Part shown: positions 9,352-18,348 of the stretch, in pieces
How positions within the stretch are numbered: position 1 is the stretch's first letter
Layout: every line of letters begins with the position of its first letter
Assembly (NCBI GenBank): GCA_021846045.1
Contig: JAJZCM010000003.1
Coordinates: 23,604 to 87,603, forward strand
Direction of reading: 5' to 3'
DNA from: a bacterium
Lineage (GTDB): Bacteria > Elusimicrobiota > Elusimicrobia > UBA1565 > UBA9628
Length of the DNA stretch: 64,000 nucleotides
Program-made: the position numbers and the translations under genes
The notes under the pieces: model-generated
The model's input: the letters and a program-made list of their open reading frames with translations, nothing else
What the model was told of the DNA's origin: nothing
Database searches by the model: none

Positions 9352-11634
9352 ATGATTATGGTGTTGCCAAGAAATAATATGAACGATTTGGAAGCGCGAT
9401 CAAAATCAACAGCGGAGCCCGTTTTAGAACTTTTTTCATGGCCGGACTTGGTTCGGCACTTTTTTTTGGTCGTCGCTTTTTTTGTTTCGCCGCTTATTTT
9501 TTTCACCAATTTAACCCGCAACCCCTACATCACTCAAATCTGCCTTCTCAATATCTCAATTTCGGTCGCCTTGACCCTTTGGATGTTTCAAAATCGCGGC
9601 AGTTTGGGAAAACTCAGAACCGTCCTCAATATTCCGCTTCTGTTTTGGACTTTGATTGTCTTCGCCAGTTGGGGATACGCTTTTTTTAGGCACGTAAAAT
9701 TTTACCGGCCCTCTGTTTTTAACGAAGGCCTCAATCATGAAATTTTCTGGGTCATTAATTGCGTGGGAGCCTTTTTTATCGGTGTGGCCGCAGTTCGGGA
9801 CCGGAACGGCTTGGATGAGACGGTCAATCTCGGGGCGTGGGCGGGTTTTTGCCTTCTCTGGGGCGGCTTATGGCTCTTCTTTCCATTGATGAAAAGTTCA
9901 AGTTCCCCGCCCACCGATATCGTCGCCTTGGTTTGGAACGGCTACGGCGGGTTTTTATGGGCGTTGGGCGTGAGCCTTTGCATGTGGCTGAGCTTTAAAA
10001 GACGAGCCGTCGATTATTTGCACTTGGCTTTGGCCGCGGGTTTTTTGGCCTCGACTTACGGAGTTCTCCAGTATTTTAATTTTGAGTTCATCTGGCCGCA
10101 TGCGCTCAACCCCTATGGCGGGCGCGCGGTTTCAACTTTCGGAAATCCTAACTTTCTTTCCTCCTACAACGTTGTTTTGCTTCCTTTTTGCGTGATCTTG
10201 TGGGCGCGCGCCAAAGGCGCGGCGCGTGCCGGATACGCGTTGTGCGCGCTGGTTCTTGAGGCGGGGCTTTTGTGTAGTCTGACGCGTTCTTCCTGGATGG
10301 GGGCTTTCGCTTCGATTTCTTTTTTGTTTTTTTCACGAGGATTTCGTAAGGCGCTCCGCAAGGAAGTGCGCCTGTTCGGGCTTTTTTTGGGGGTGGGTTT
10401 CGCCGTTTTTATCCTGTGGCCGCACAGCCTTCTTTCGGCGGGATATCGCCCCAGCGTCTTAGGGCGTTTGGAGGAAGCCGCGACAATTCTAAAGCCGGGA
10501 GAAAACAAGCAGGCTTACAGCCCTTGGCATCAAAGAGTGATGATTTGGACCTGCGCCTGGCTGATGGCCAAGGATAATCCCTTGACCGGACAGGGCTTTG
10601 GACTTTTCGAATTGTTTTATCCGTTTTATCAAGGGCCGGTTTTGCGCGCGACGCCTTTTTACTGGGGATTAAGAACTCACGCCAACAACGCCCATAATGA
10701 GATTCTTGAGGTTTTATCCCAGACGGGGCTTATCGGCCTCGGGCTGTTTGTTTGGGTCTGGGTTGTTTTTTTCCGTTTTGCGCGCGATTTTACAGGCGAA
10801 CCGGAAGATTCTTCGGCCGGCTTATGGGTTTCTGCGGGAGCCGCCGGAGTTGTGGGCATGATGGCGGACAATCTTCTCAACGTCTCTCTTCATTTCGCGG
10901 TTCCGGCTTTTCTTTTTTGGTGGGTCGTGGGAATGAGCGTGGGAAACGGGCGAATACCCAATGCCGAGCGCTCTGCCACGACAAAATCCCTAAAAAATCT
11001 CTGGGTTCCCACCCTGGTCTTATGTCTATGCGTCTGGATGCTCGGGCGCTGGAGCTGCGTTTGGGAAAGGGAAACGCATTATTTTTCCGGTTTTAAATTG
11101 GCGCGGCAGGGGGACATGGCCGGCGCGATTGATCAACTTGAGATTTCAAAGCATTGGGGGCCTCCGGAGGTCAACGCGATTTACGAATTAGGAAATGCCT
11201 ACGCTCGCTCCGGCTCTTTCAAAAAAGCCGAGGAAAATTACCAGGCGGCTCTGGATGCTAATGCGGGCTATGACGAGATTTTTTTCAACAAGGGGTCCAT
11301 CGAAGCCGTTCATCTGGGCAATATTCCCGCCGCCATCGATAATTTCCGCGTTTCGTGGTGGATCAACCCGCTTTTAAAAGACGTCTATAACAGCCTGGGC
11401 GCGCTCTATTTGCGGGATCCGGCCAAGTATTTGTCCCCGGCCTTGGATCTTCTTTCCTATGGAGTCAAGGTCTTTCCCCAGGCTTCCGGGTTCTGGAATA
11501 ATTTAGGCTATCTTGAGACCCTCAATAAAAACTATTCTGCGGCTGTCGGCGATTATCAGAGAGCTCTTCAAATCAGCCCCAATCTTACCGCCGCGCGGAA
11601 AAATCTGGAAATTCTGACCCACTCCCGTCCCTAA
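9352..11634 (+). CDS. O-antigen ligase/Wzy_C-family polytopic membrane protein with C-terminal TPR repeats (PglL/TfpO-like candidate O-oligosaccharyltransferase)
   Basis: Multi-TM core with an RSSWMGAFASISFLFF Wzy_C-like loop region. The C-terminal roughly 200 aa carry TPR-like repeats (AIYELGNAYARSGSFKKAEENYQAAL...). The ORF track start at 9256 overlaps the divergent leader, so the start is taken at ATG 9352. Confidence 0.65.
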   Translation: MIMVLPRNNMNDLEARSKSTAEPVLELFSWPDLVRHFFLVVAFFVSPLIFFTNLTRNPYITQICLLNISISVALTLWMFQNRGSLGKLRTVLNIPLLFWTLIVFASWGYAFFRHVKFYRPSVFNEGLNHEIFWVINCVGAFFIGVAAVRDRNGLDETVNLGAWAGFCLLWGGLWLFFPLMKSSSSPPTDIVALVWNGYGGFLWALGVSLCMWLSFKRRAVDYLHLALAAGFLASTYGVLQYFNFEFIWPHALNPYGGRAVSTFGNPNFLSSYNVVLLPFCVILWARAKGAARAGYALCALVLEAGLLCSLTRSSWMGAFASISFLFFSRGFRKALRKEVRLFGLFLGVGFAVFILWPHSLLSAGYRPSVLGRLEEAATILKPGENKQAYSPWHQRVMIWTCAWLMAKDNPLTGQGFGLFELFYPFYQGPVLRATPFYWGLRTHANNAHNEILEVLSQTGLIGLGLFVWVWVVFFRFARDFTGEPEDSSAGLWVSAGAAGVVGMMADNLLNVSLHFAVPAFLFWWVVGMSVGNGRIPNAERSATTKSLKNLWVPTLVLCLCVWMLGRWSCVWERETHYFSGFKLARQGDMAGAIDQLEISKHWGPPEVNAIYELGNAYARSGSFKKAEENYQAALDANAGYDEIFFNKGSIEAVHLGNIPAAIDNFRVSWWINPLLKDVYNSLGALYLRDPAKYLSPALDLLSYGVKVFPQASGFWNNLGYLETLNKNYSAAVGDYQRALQISPNLTAARKNLEILTHSRP

Positions 11635-11736
11635 AAATAGGGGTTTTAAACTGTAATAATTTAGCAAACACTTCGGAGCAATACTTATTGGGAGCAGTGG
11701 AAATTGTTTTAAGGGGGGAAGTATTCATTAAAGGCC

Positions 11737-13365
11737 ATGCCTAGAAGCGGGCGGAAATTCTTCTGGAGTTTTATTTTCAGCTCGGTCGCCATCGGCGCCT
11801 GGGGTGGAATTATCGTTGGAACACAGCCTCCGCCTCTTAGCCGCGACATGCAACTGGGAATTTTTTATTTTAAGAAGGGGGAAGACTCCGAGGCGATGGA
11901 CCGCTTTATTGAAGTCCTCAATGGCGGGAATCCCGCTGAACGGGTCATTGCCAATAAATACCTCAATCGCATTACCCGGCGCATGTCGGGAACCAAGCCC
12001 GGCCCGGAGGAGACATCGGCGCAAAACCCGGCGGCCCCGACCCGGATCAAAATTGTCCAATCCTCACCCCTAAGCGGTGTTGCTCTTCAACAAGAAATCA
12101 AAGGACAAATCCAGAATTTGACCGTTTCCGGACTTGCGCGATTAAAGCGCATTCATGGAATTGTCGTGCTTCGCAAAAAAGACGGGCGGCCTTGGGCGGC
12201 GGCCTTGCCTTCGAACCTCTTATTTAAAAAACGGATAACGTTTACGAAGAACGCGGATCAAATTCTTTCCGATTTGGCTCTGGTTTCTTATGGCGAGGGG
12301 AAAGCCAAGATATTCGTTTTTCCAGAAGGAGCGGCCTTGGGGGATGTGAAGGTTGGAAATATGCGCCGGGCGGTCGCGGTTGCCGATTCCCTTGTCGCTT
12401 CGGGAATTTCTCCGAGCCGGGTTCAATCGGAACTTTTGACCGGAAGTTCTTACCGCATTCCCAGTCCCCTTCTTTCTTTCAAGGGAATTATTCTTGTCTT
12501 TGCTTACCACGCGACTCTTGATCTTAAGGCGCCGCCGGATGAAGACGGGCCTCCCTTATCAATGGGGCTTTCTTCTTCCCGGTTCCTGGTGGACAAGGGG
12601 GAAGGCGTGTTGATTGAGTTTTCCATAGAAAAACCTCAATCAGGAGTGCGTTTTTGGAAATTTAGAATTTTAGGCCCGGAAAATGCCAAGCCGCGGACAA
12701 TCGAAGAAGTCGTGGGCAGCGGCTCCGTTTTTCACCAAGTTTACTGGGATGGAAGAAAAAACTATTCCGGTTCTCCGGAACCCTCCGGTTTTTATGAGTG
12801 CCTTCTGACGGCGGAAGACGGCGCCGGGCGGACTCGGGCAATTCACCGGTGGGTGGAACTCGTGGGGCCTCCCGAGGCGCAAAAAGGTCCTTCAAAACGC
12901 AGAAAAGCGGTCAAACCGGTGCGCCCAAATCCAATCAAGAGGAATTTCCCTGGACATAAAAAAATATCCTATGTCCAATTGCACGCAAATCATGGAAAGA
13001 AAAAGAAATTCCGGGCTAAAGCTCTTCTCGGCGCGAATGTCATCTCGTTTCAAGCCGGCAGCTATCAGACAAATAGGGAAATGGAGAATAAAATTTTGGC
13101 GCTTGCTAGAGGCATGGCTAAAAATAAGAAAGCGCGATATAATATCACCGGCTATGCCAAACCGGCGGAGAAAAATGCTAAAAACTTGTGTCGCCAGCGG
13201 GCGCAGATTGTAGCGGGACTGCTGATCAACAAGTATGGGATTAATTTTAGACGGCTCAAAATTAGCGGGCATGTGTTAAATTCAAAAGGCGATCGCGTCA
13301 TCGTTTTCACACGGGCCGTCGCCAAAAAAAGGAGCGCTCGAAAGCGTGGACGAAAATCTTATTGA
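11737..13365 (+). CDS. Membrane-anchored protein with OmpA-like C-terminal domain(s); first gene of the pilus cluster
   Basis: N-terminal TM segment FFWSFIFSSVAIGAWGGIIVG. C-terminal region ITGYAKPAEKNAKNLCRQRAQIVAGLLINKYGINFRRLKISGH resembles OmpA/MotB peptidoglycan-binding domains. Confidence 0.4.
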   Translation: MPRSGRKFFWSFIFSSVAIGAWGGIIVGTQPPPLSRDMQLGIFYFKKGEDSEAMDRFIEVLNGGNPAERVIANKYLNRITRRMSGTKPGPEETSAQNPAAPTRIKIVQSSPLSGVALQQEIKGQIQNLTVSGLARLKRIHGIVVLRKKDGRPWAAALPSNLLFKKRITFTKNADQILSDLALVSYGEGKAKIFVFPEGAALGDVKVGNMRRAVAVADSLVASGISPSRVQSELLTGSSYRIPSPLLSFKGIILVFAYHATLDLKAPPDEDGPPLSMGLSSSRFLVDKGEGVLIEFSIEKPQSGVRFWKFRILGPENAKPRTIEEVVGSGSVFHQVYWDGRKNYSGSPEPSGFYECLLTAEDGAGRTRAIHRWVELVGPPEAQKGPSKRRKAVKPVRPNPIKRNFPGHKKISYVQLHANHGKKKKFRAKALLGANVISFQAGSYQTNREMENKILALARGMAKNKKARYNITGYAKPAEKNAKNLCRQRAQIVAGLLINKYGINFRRLKISGHVLNSKGDRVIVFTRAVAKKRSARKRGRKSY

Positions 13366-14959
13366 CGAATGGGCCTTCGGAATCAAGGCCCCCAAGATTT
13401 CCCAAAACTTGGGCATTTATCTAAGTCCAAGCGTGGCCTATATCGCCCAATCCCATCTCAATAAAGGCAGTTTGGTCATAGACCAGCTTTTTAGAATTGC
13501 GCTTCCACAACCTAAAGTGGCGGTTGCGCCGAAAGATCCTTCCCAAATGCCGGGCGTGGAGTTGTGGGGAGATTTTAACGACATCACGGATATTTTAAAG
13601 GCGGCCTTGGGAAAACTAGTCCATGCGCCGAAGGAAGTCGTGGTTTCTCTTTCGCCGGAATTGAGTCTTCTTCGTTATTTCCAAATGCCCCAAATTGAGC
13701 AGAGATTTTGGAAAACGGCGATTCCGTTGGAAGCAAAAAAACATATTCCTTTCGCGTTTCAAGGCCTTACCAGCGATTTTCAGGTTTTTCCCTCCGTAGC
13801 GATGACTCCGGATGGAAAAGGGGTGCAAGGGGTTGCATTCGCCGTGACGTCGAAGTCAACCTGGGAAGGGGCGAATGCTTTGATCAAAGGTCTCAAGTTG
13901 GAGATGGTGGCGATAGAAACCGCGATCAACCCTTACTTGCGGTTTCTCTTGGCCATGGATAAAACGATTGTGGGGCCCGCTTGCCTTTGGGTCCATTTTT
14001 CAGATACCAAAGTCCGCATCATGGGGTTTGCAAAGGGAATTCCTCTTTTTTTCAGAGAAGCTGATTTGTATCCCAACGGCGACATTCGAACCTTGGGGCT
14101 TCCTAGCCTGGCTGATTTCATGAACCATAAACTGGGCTTTGGGCCCGTCCAAAGATGCCTGATTAGCGGCGCGGCCAATGAGGCCTTAGTCGCCAGCCTT
14201 TCTCAAGGAATGAATCTTCGGGCGGAATTTAAAAACCCAGGGCTTCCCTTGGGGCTTAAAAGCGGAGATTTTGAACCCTACGCCGCCATTGGAAGTTCTT
14301 TTCGTTTTACCGCTCCATCCCCGGCAAGCATGGACTTTTCCGCGTCCATGAAGGTGACCGACAGCGAGAGAAAGGCCGCAGTATTTCTTGTCGGAGCCGC
14401 CGCCGTAGTGGCCGCTCTTTTTATCGTCCTTGGCCTTTACTCGGGATTTCAGGCTTTCGCTAAATATCGGGAGTTGGCCGGAATCAAAAGAGACCCTCGC
14501 GTGGAGGCCCTTTTCCGCGGGAAGTCTTCCAATGACATTCAGAATATAATCGCTAAAATCGAGAAAGAAACGGTGTTTCTGGGGGCGGCGACGAGAAAGA
14601 AAAATTCCCCTACTCTTTTTTTTCAAGGCATTGCCGATACCATACCGGATAATATTTGGCTGACCAATATAGAGCTTCACAATCCGCTTAAAAGACCCGG
14701 AGTGAATTTCGGGGAAGGTCTAACACTCAAGTTGTCGGGGTATGCCGCGGCGAATTCTCGAATGGAAGAAGAAGACGACACCAGAAATTTTAAAGAGAGC
14801 CTTGGCGAATTGCCGGAATTTAAAAAGTTATCCGTTCAGATTCAGTTTCAGGAACAACAAAATCAGAGCCTCTATGGCGGCTTGAATAAAGATCCCTATG
14901 AAGTCGAACGCAAACAGGAGGAAAGGACGAGTTTTGATATTACGGCCCAATCACAATAG
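13346..14959 (+). CDS. pilM: Type IV pilus assembly protein PilM fused to a PilN-like TM/periplasmic domain
   Basis: The N-terminal roughly 340 aa are actin-like (FGIKAPKISQNLGIYLSPSVAYIAQ...). They are followed by TM helix AAVFLVGAAAVVAALFIVLGLY and a PilN-like segment IWLTNIELHN. Position is directly upstream of the PilO/PilP/PilQ homologues. Confidence 0.65.
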   Translation: MDENLIDEWAFGIKAPKISQNLGIYLSPSVAYIAQSHLNKGSLVIDQLFRIALPQPKVAVAPKDPSQMPGVELWGDFNDITDILKAALGKLVHAPKEVVVSLSPELSLLRYFQMPQIEQRFWKTAIPLEAKKHIPFAFQGLTSDFQVFPSVAMTPDGKGVQGVAFAVTSKSTWEGANALIKGLKLEMVAIETAINPYLRFLLAMDKTIVGPACLWVHFSDTKVRIMGFAKGIPLFFREADLYPNGDIRTLGLPSLADFMNHKLGFGPVQRCLISGAANEALVASLSQGMNLRAEFKNPGLPLGLKSGDFEPYAAIGSSFRFTAPSPASMDFSASMKVTDSERKAAVFLVGAAAVVAALFIVLGLYSGFQAFAKYRELAGIKRDPRVEALFRGKSSNDIQNIIAKIEKETVFLGAATRKKNSPTLFFQGIADTIPDNIWLTNIELHNPLKRPGVNFGEGLTLKLSGYAAANSRMEEEDDTRNFKESLGELPEFKKLSVQIQFQEQQNQSLYGGLNKDPYEVERKQEERTSFDITAQSQ

Positions 14960-14968
14960 AGCTCAATT

Positions 14969-15565
14969 TTGATAACCATGGACATAAAAGAGATCGAAAG
15001 AAAAATTCGCCATCTGCAAAGAGATTTTAGCGATACGATCTTTGTCCTTCAGAATAAGGGCTTAAATTTTTTTCAACGCGTTTGGCTTGCGGTGCTACTC
15101 ATCATATTTGTTCCCTATAAATTTTTTTATCAGACGATGAATAATGAAGTCGCGTCCCTTGAGATGAGAATTAATACAGCCAAGGCCGCCACCAAATACG
15201 CAAAAACCTATAACGACGCGATGGAAAATATTTCGGCCGTTAAACGCCACCTCCCGCCTCTGGGAAAGGAAGATAGCTGGTTGAGCGATGCCGCGATTTC
15301 TTCCCTTAAGAAAGAAGGTATCACTCCTGATTCCGTTTCCACCGTCCATCAGATTAAAAATGAAGAGTTAATCAAACAAACTATTTCCTTGGACTTTCGC
15401 GCGAAGTTCCCCGAGACTTTTGCCTGGATTTATCAAATCGAACATGATCGCTTTCTGATTCATGTTGATTCCTTGAGTATAAAGAAAGACGGATTGGATG
15501 AAAACAAGGTCCATTGCACGCTCTCAACTTTGATGCAATCGAACAAAGCTGGGGGGAACTCCTAG
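14969..15565 (+). CDS. pilO: Type IV pilus assembly protein PilO-like
   Basis: 198 aa. N-terminal TM helix (VWLAVLLIIFVPY) followed by a coiled-coil. Gene-order context PilM/N-PilO-PilP-PilQ. Confidence 0.55.
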   Translation: MITMDIKEIERKIRHLQRDFSDTIFVLQNKGLNFFQRVWLAVLLIIFVPYKFFYQTMNNEVASLEMRINTAKAATKYAKTYNDAMENISAVKRHLPPLGKEDSWLSDAAISSLKKEGITPDSVSTVHQIKNEELIKQTISLDFRAKFPETFAWIYQIEHDRFLIHVDSLSIKKDGLDENKVHCTLSTLMQSNKAGGNS

Positions 15566-15567
15566 CT

Positions 15568-16296
15568 ATGGCTAGAAAAAGCCCCGCTGGATGGCTGATT
15601 CTGGTTTTGGTCTTGGCCCTTCCAGGCTTGATTTTTTATTTTGGTTGGGTTCGTGTGAGAGAAAAGCGCGCATCTCGCTCTATTAGCGTGCCGCCTTCTT
15701 TGGGACAGGTTTTCAATTCCGCTCCTCCCGGGACGAGAGTTCTTAATTCACGTCCGGCAAAATCCATGGCGCCGGTTATTCCGACCGATAAATTCTCGGC
15801 CACAGCAAAAGCGCTTCCGGCTCCTGTTCCACATCCCGTGACTTCTCCTCAAGCGGCTACGCATGTGAAAACGCCGCTTTCCGAGCCCCGCGATCTCGCC
15901 AATGCCGGGAAACCCGTCTTGAAGACTCCTCCCGTGCTCGCCGCCAAGCCCGTTAGTGTGGAATCTCCAAAATTGACGGTTCCGCAGTTGAAAAGGGATC
16001 CGACTCTTTCTCCCACCGATAGAAAAGAAATCTACGATATGCTTCACCCTAGACCCAAACCGAGAGTCGTTCATCGGCGTTTCAAGAAAAAACGCGGGCC
16101 GCCAATTGAGACCCTCATTGATTTAGAAGGAATTATATTTGTCTCTCCCGCTAATGCAAAGGCGATTATTAACGGAAATATAATGAAGGTTGGTGGATTG
16201 GTTCACGGAGCCAAAATCATCAAAATTGAGAAACAGAAGGTGGTTTTTTCTTATCATGGAAGGCGAGTAATCAAAGTCATGAGTAATAAACTTTGA
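15568..16296 (+). CDS. pilP: Type IV pilus assembly lipoprotein PilP-like
   Basis: TM/signal segment, then a Pro-rich linker. The C-terminal beta domain IDLEGIIFVSPANAKAIINGNIMKVGGLVHGAKIIKIEKQKVVF resembles PilP/GspC. ATG at 15568 lies just after the pilO stop. Confidence 0.55.
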   Translation: MARKSPAGWLILVLVLALPGLIFYFGWVRVREKRASRSISVPPSLGQVFNSAPPGTRVLNSRPAKSMAPVIPTDKFSATAKALPAPVPHPVTSPQAATHVKTPLSEPRDLANAGKPVLKTPPVLAAKPVSVESPKLTVPQLKRDPTLSPTDRKEIYDMLHPRPKPRVVHRRFKKKRGPPIETLIDLEGIIFVSPANAKAIINGNIMKVGGLVHGAKIIKIEKQKVVFSYHGRRVIKVMSNKL

Positions 16297-16306
16297 GGAG
16301 AATATT

Positions 16307-18295
16307 ATGAACATCCAGGTCAGGCGTCTTAACGTTGCGCGGGATCAAGGCCTGTTTCGCGCCTTATGTCTTTTATCCGCTCTGGAATTGGGGCTTTTGC
16401 CGGGTTTAACAGTTTGGGGTCAATCTGACGGTTCAACTCCTGAGGCTAATCCTCAATTTCAAAATTCAGTGCAAACCCCCCGCGCGAACTCCGGGGGGCC
16501 GGTGGACAGCATTTCCGCGATTAAAGCTCATGCGGCTTCCGCTTCTAAAAATCTCGATCAGGCAATTTCTCCCTCCTCTAACAATTCTCCGCAACAGGGA
16601 ATACAAATCGGCGCTTCCACGGCGCCCGTTCTGCGGAAGAAAAAAGTCCTTTCTCCTCTGGAAACTCGCATATCTATTCGAGTTAAAAATGCTCCCCTAG
16701 CGACTTTTTTAGACGCCATTTCCGCTCAAGCAAAAATCAACTTCCTCATTACAGAAGGCCTTGAGGCGGTCAAAATCACGGCTTTTTTGCAGCACGTGAC
16801 GGTTCGGGAAGCCTTGCAGATCCTTCTTGAAATTAAAGGGCTCACCTATCGGCAAATTGGAAAAAGCAATACCTATGTGATTAGAAGAAAATCAAAAAAT
16901 GCTCCTAGTTTTACTACGCGCATTTATTCTCTTTCTTATATACCCTTGGTCAATATCTCTCAGCAGGGAACCCAAGGTCAACAGGGTGGAGCGGGGGGGG
17001 GCCAAGGAGGAATGTTGGGTGGGATGGGCGGCTCTTCCTCTGGAGGCGCGCAAGGGGGCGGCGGCGGTGGAAGCCCTCAAGGCGGCGGCCTGACTCCTGG
17101 CCAAGGCGGGCAAGCGATTGGAATGAGCGCGCAAAGCGCGGGTGGCGGCGCGGGCGGCGGCGCGCAAGGCATGGGTGGAATGCCCGGAGCTGGAGCGGGG
17201 GGGGCGAGCTCCATTGTCACGGTTGTCCAATCGGTTTTAACCAAGGCCGGGCGAGTGGCGGTGGACCCGAGAACCAATTCCTTAATCGTCACCGATGTTC
17301 CCGAAGTTTTTCCGCAAGTGGATCAGCTGATTGCCGATCTGGACAAGAAAGTTCCGCAAGTGATGATTGAGGCTCAGATCGTTGAAATTGATTCCAATCG
17401 CGCCAACGATCTCGGCTTTGAATGGGGCGGCCCCAACGGAGAAATGGGAACTTTCACCGGAGGCCAGAGAGACACTTCTTTTCCGATGGTTCTAACCGGA
17501 GCTTCAGGGCAAGCGCGTTTTTTTGATCCCGTCCAAAACGTCATGAGCACCTTGGCCCTTGAAGGCGGCGGCATGATGGGTGGCGGCGGTGGCGGCGGGA
17601 TGGGTGGCGGTATGATGGGCGGCATAGGCGGGCTGGGCGGTTTGGGCGGGAGTAGTGGTGGGATGTTGGCTATCCCCACGACAGCGCCCGGAATTAACCC
17701 CTTGACAGGGCTACCGATGTTAGGATCCAGCGTAATGACCAGCGTCCTTAATTTAAGCCAGCTGACCATTACTTTGCGCATGTTGGTTTCGCGTTCCGAG
17801 GCTCGCTATTTAGGCAAGCCAAAAATCTTGACGGTCAATAATACGCCGGCGACCATCTCCATTAATGGAGACACCGCTGTGTATATGGCGGAACAAACGA
17901 CCGGGGGCGGCATGGGTATATCGCAGGCGTCTTACTCTCCAGTGACGAAAACCACCGGTTTGTCCTTGACGGTGACCCCCCAGGTTAATGGCGATGGGTA
18001 TATCACGATGATGGTGTCTCCGAGTTTTACGGATGTCCAGCCGTCTGCGGTGGGGAGCCCGACCAGTCCTGTTTATGACACTTTGAAACGATCGGCTAAT
18101 ACCCTGGTTCGCGTCAAAAATGGAGAGACCTTGGTTTTGGGAGGGCTTTTACATTCAGTTGAGACAAAGATGGTTCGCAAGGTTCCCTTTTTGGGGTATA
18201 TCCCGGTGATTGGGTGGCTGTTTACCAGCGTTCAGGCTCAGCGAAAAAATACGGATCTTGTCATCTTCATCACGCCGACTATTATTAATGATTAG
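16307..18295 (+). CDS. pilQ: Type IV pilus secretin PilQ with two Gly/Met-rich low-complexity insertions
   Basis: C-terminal secretin signature VPFLGYIPVIGWLFTSVQAQRKNTDLVIFITPTII and N0/N1-like domains. Inserts are GGAGGGQGGMLGGMGGSSSGGAQGGGGGG... and GGGMMGGGGGGGMGGGMMGGIGGLGG. Confidence 0.85.
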   Translation: MNIQVRRLNVARDQGLFRALCLLSALELGLLPGLTVWGQSDGSTPEANPQFQNSVQTPRANSGGPVDSISAIKAHAASASKNLDQAISPSSNNSPQQGIQIGASTAPVLRKKKVLSPLETRISIRVKNAPLATFLDAISAQAKINFLITEGLEAVKITAFLQHVTVREALQILLEIKGLTYRQIGKSNTYVIRRKSKNAPSFTTRIYSLSYIPLVNISQQGTQGQQGGAGGGQGGMLGGMGGSSSGGAQGGGGGGSPQGGGLTPGQGGQAIGMSAQSAGGGAGGGAQGMGGMPGAGAGGASSIVTVVQSVLTKAGRVAVDPRTNSLIVTDVPEVFPQVDQLIADLDKKVPQVMIEAQIVEIDSNRANDLGFEWGGPNGEMGTFTGGQRDTSFPMVLTGASGQARFFDPVQNVMSTLALEGGGMMGGGGGGGMGGGMMGGIGGLGGLGGSSGGMLAIPTTAPGINPLTGLPMLGSSVMTSVLNLSQLTITLRMLVSRSEARYLGKPKILTVNNTPATISINGDTAVYMAEQTTGGGMGISQASYSPVTKTTGLSLTVTPQVNGDGYITMMVSPSFTDVQPSAVGSPTSPVYDTLKRSANTLVRVKNGETLVLGGLLHSVETKMVRKVPFLGYIPVIGWLFTSVQAQRKNTDLVIFITPTIIND

Positions 18296-18348
18296 GCCTT
18301 GACATATTCGAGAAACCCGCTATACTTCTAAAAGGGGTTAAATATTAA

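Noticed and set aside
16892-17781. Minus-strand ORFs 16892..17230 and 17374..17781 (Pro/Ala-rich)
   Set aside because: They are antisense to the GGC-rich low-complexity inserts of pilQ, so they are compositional artefacts.
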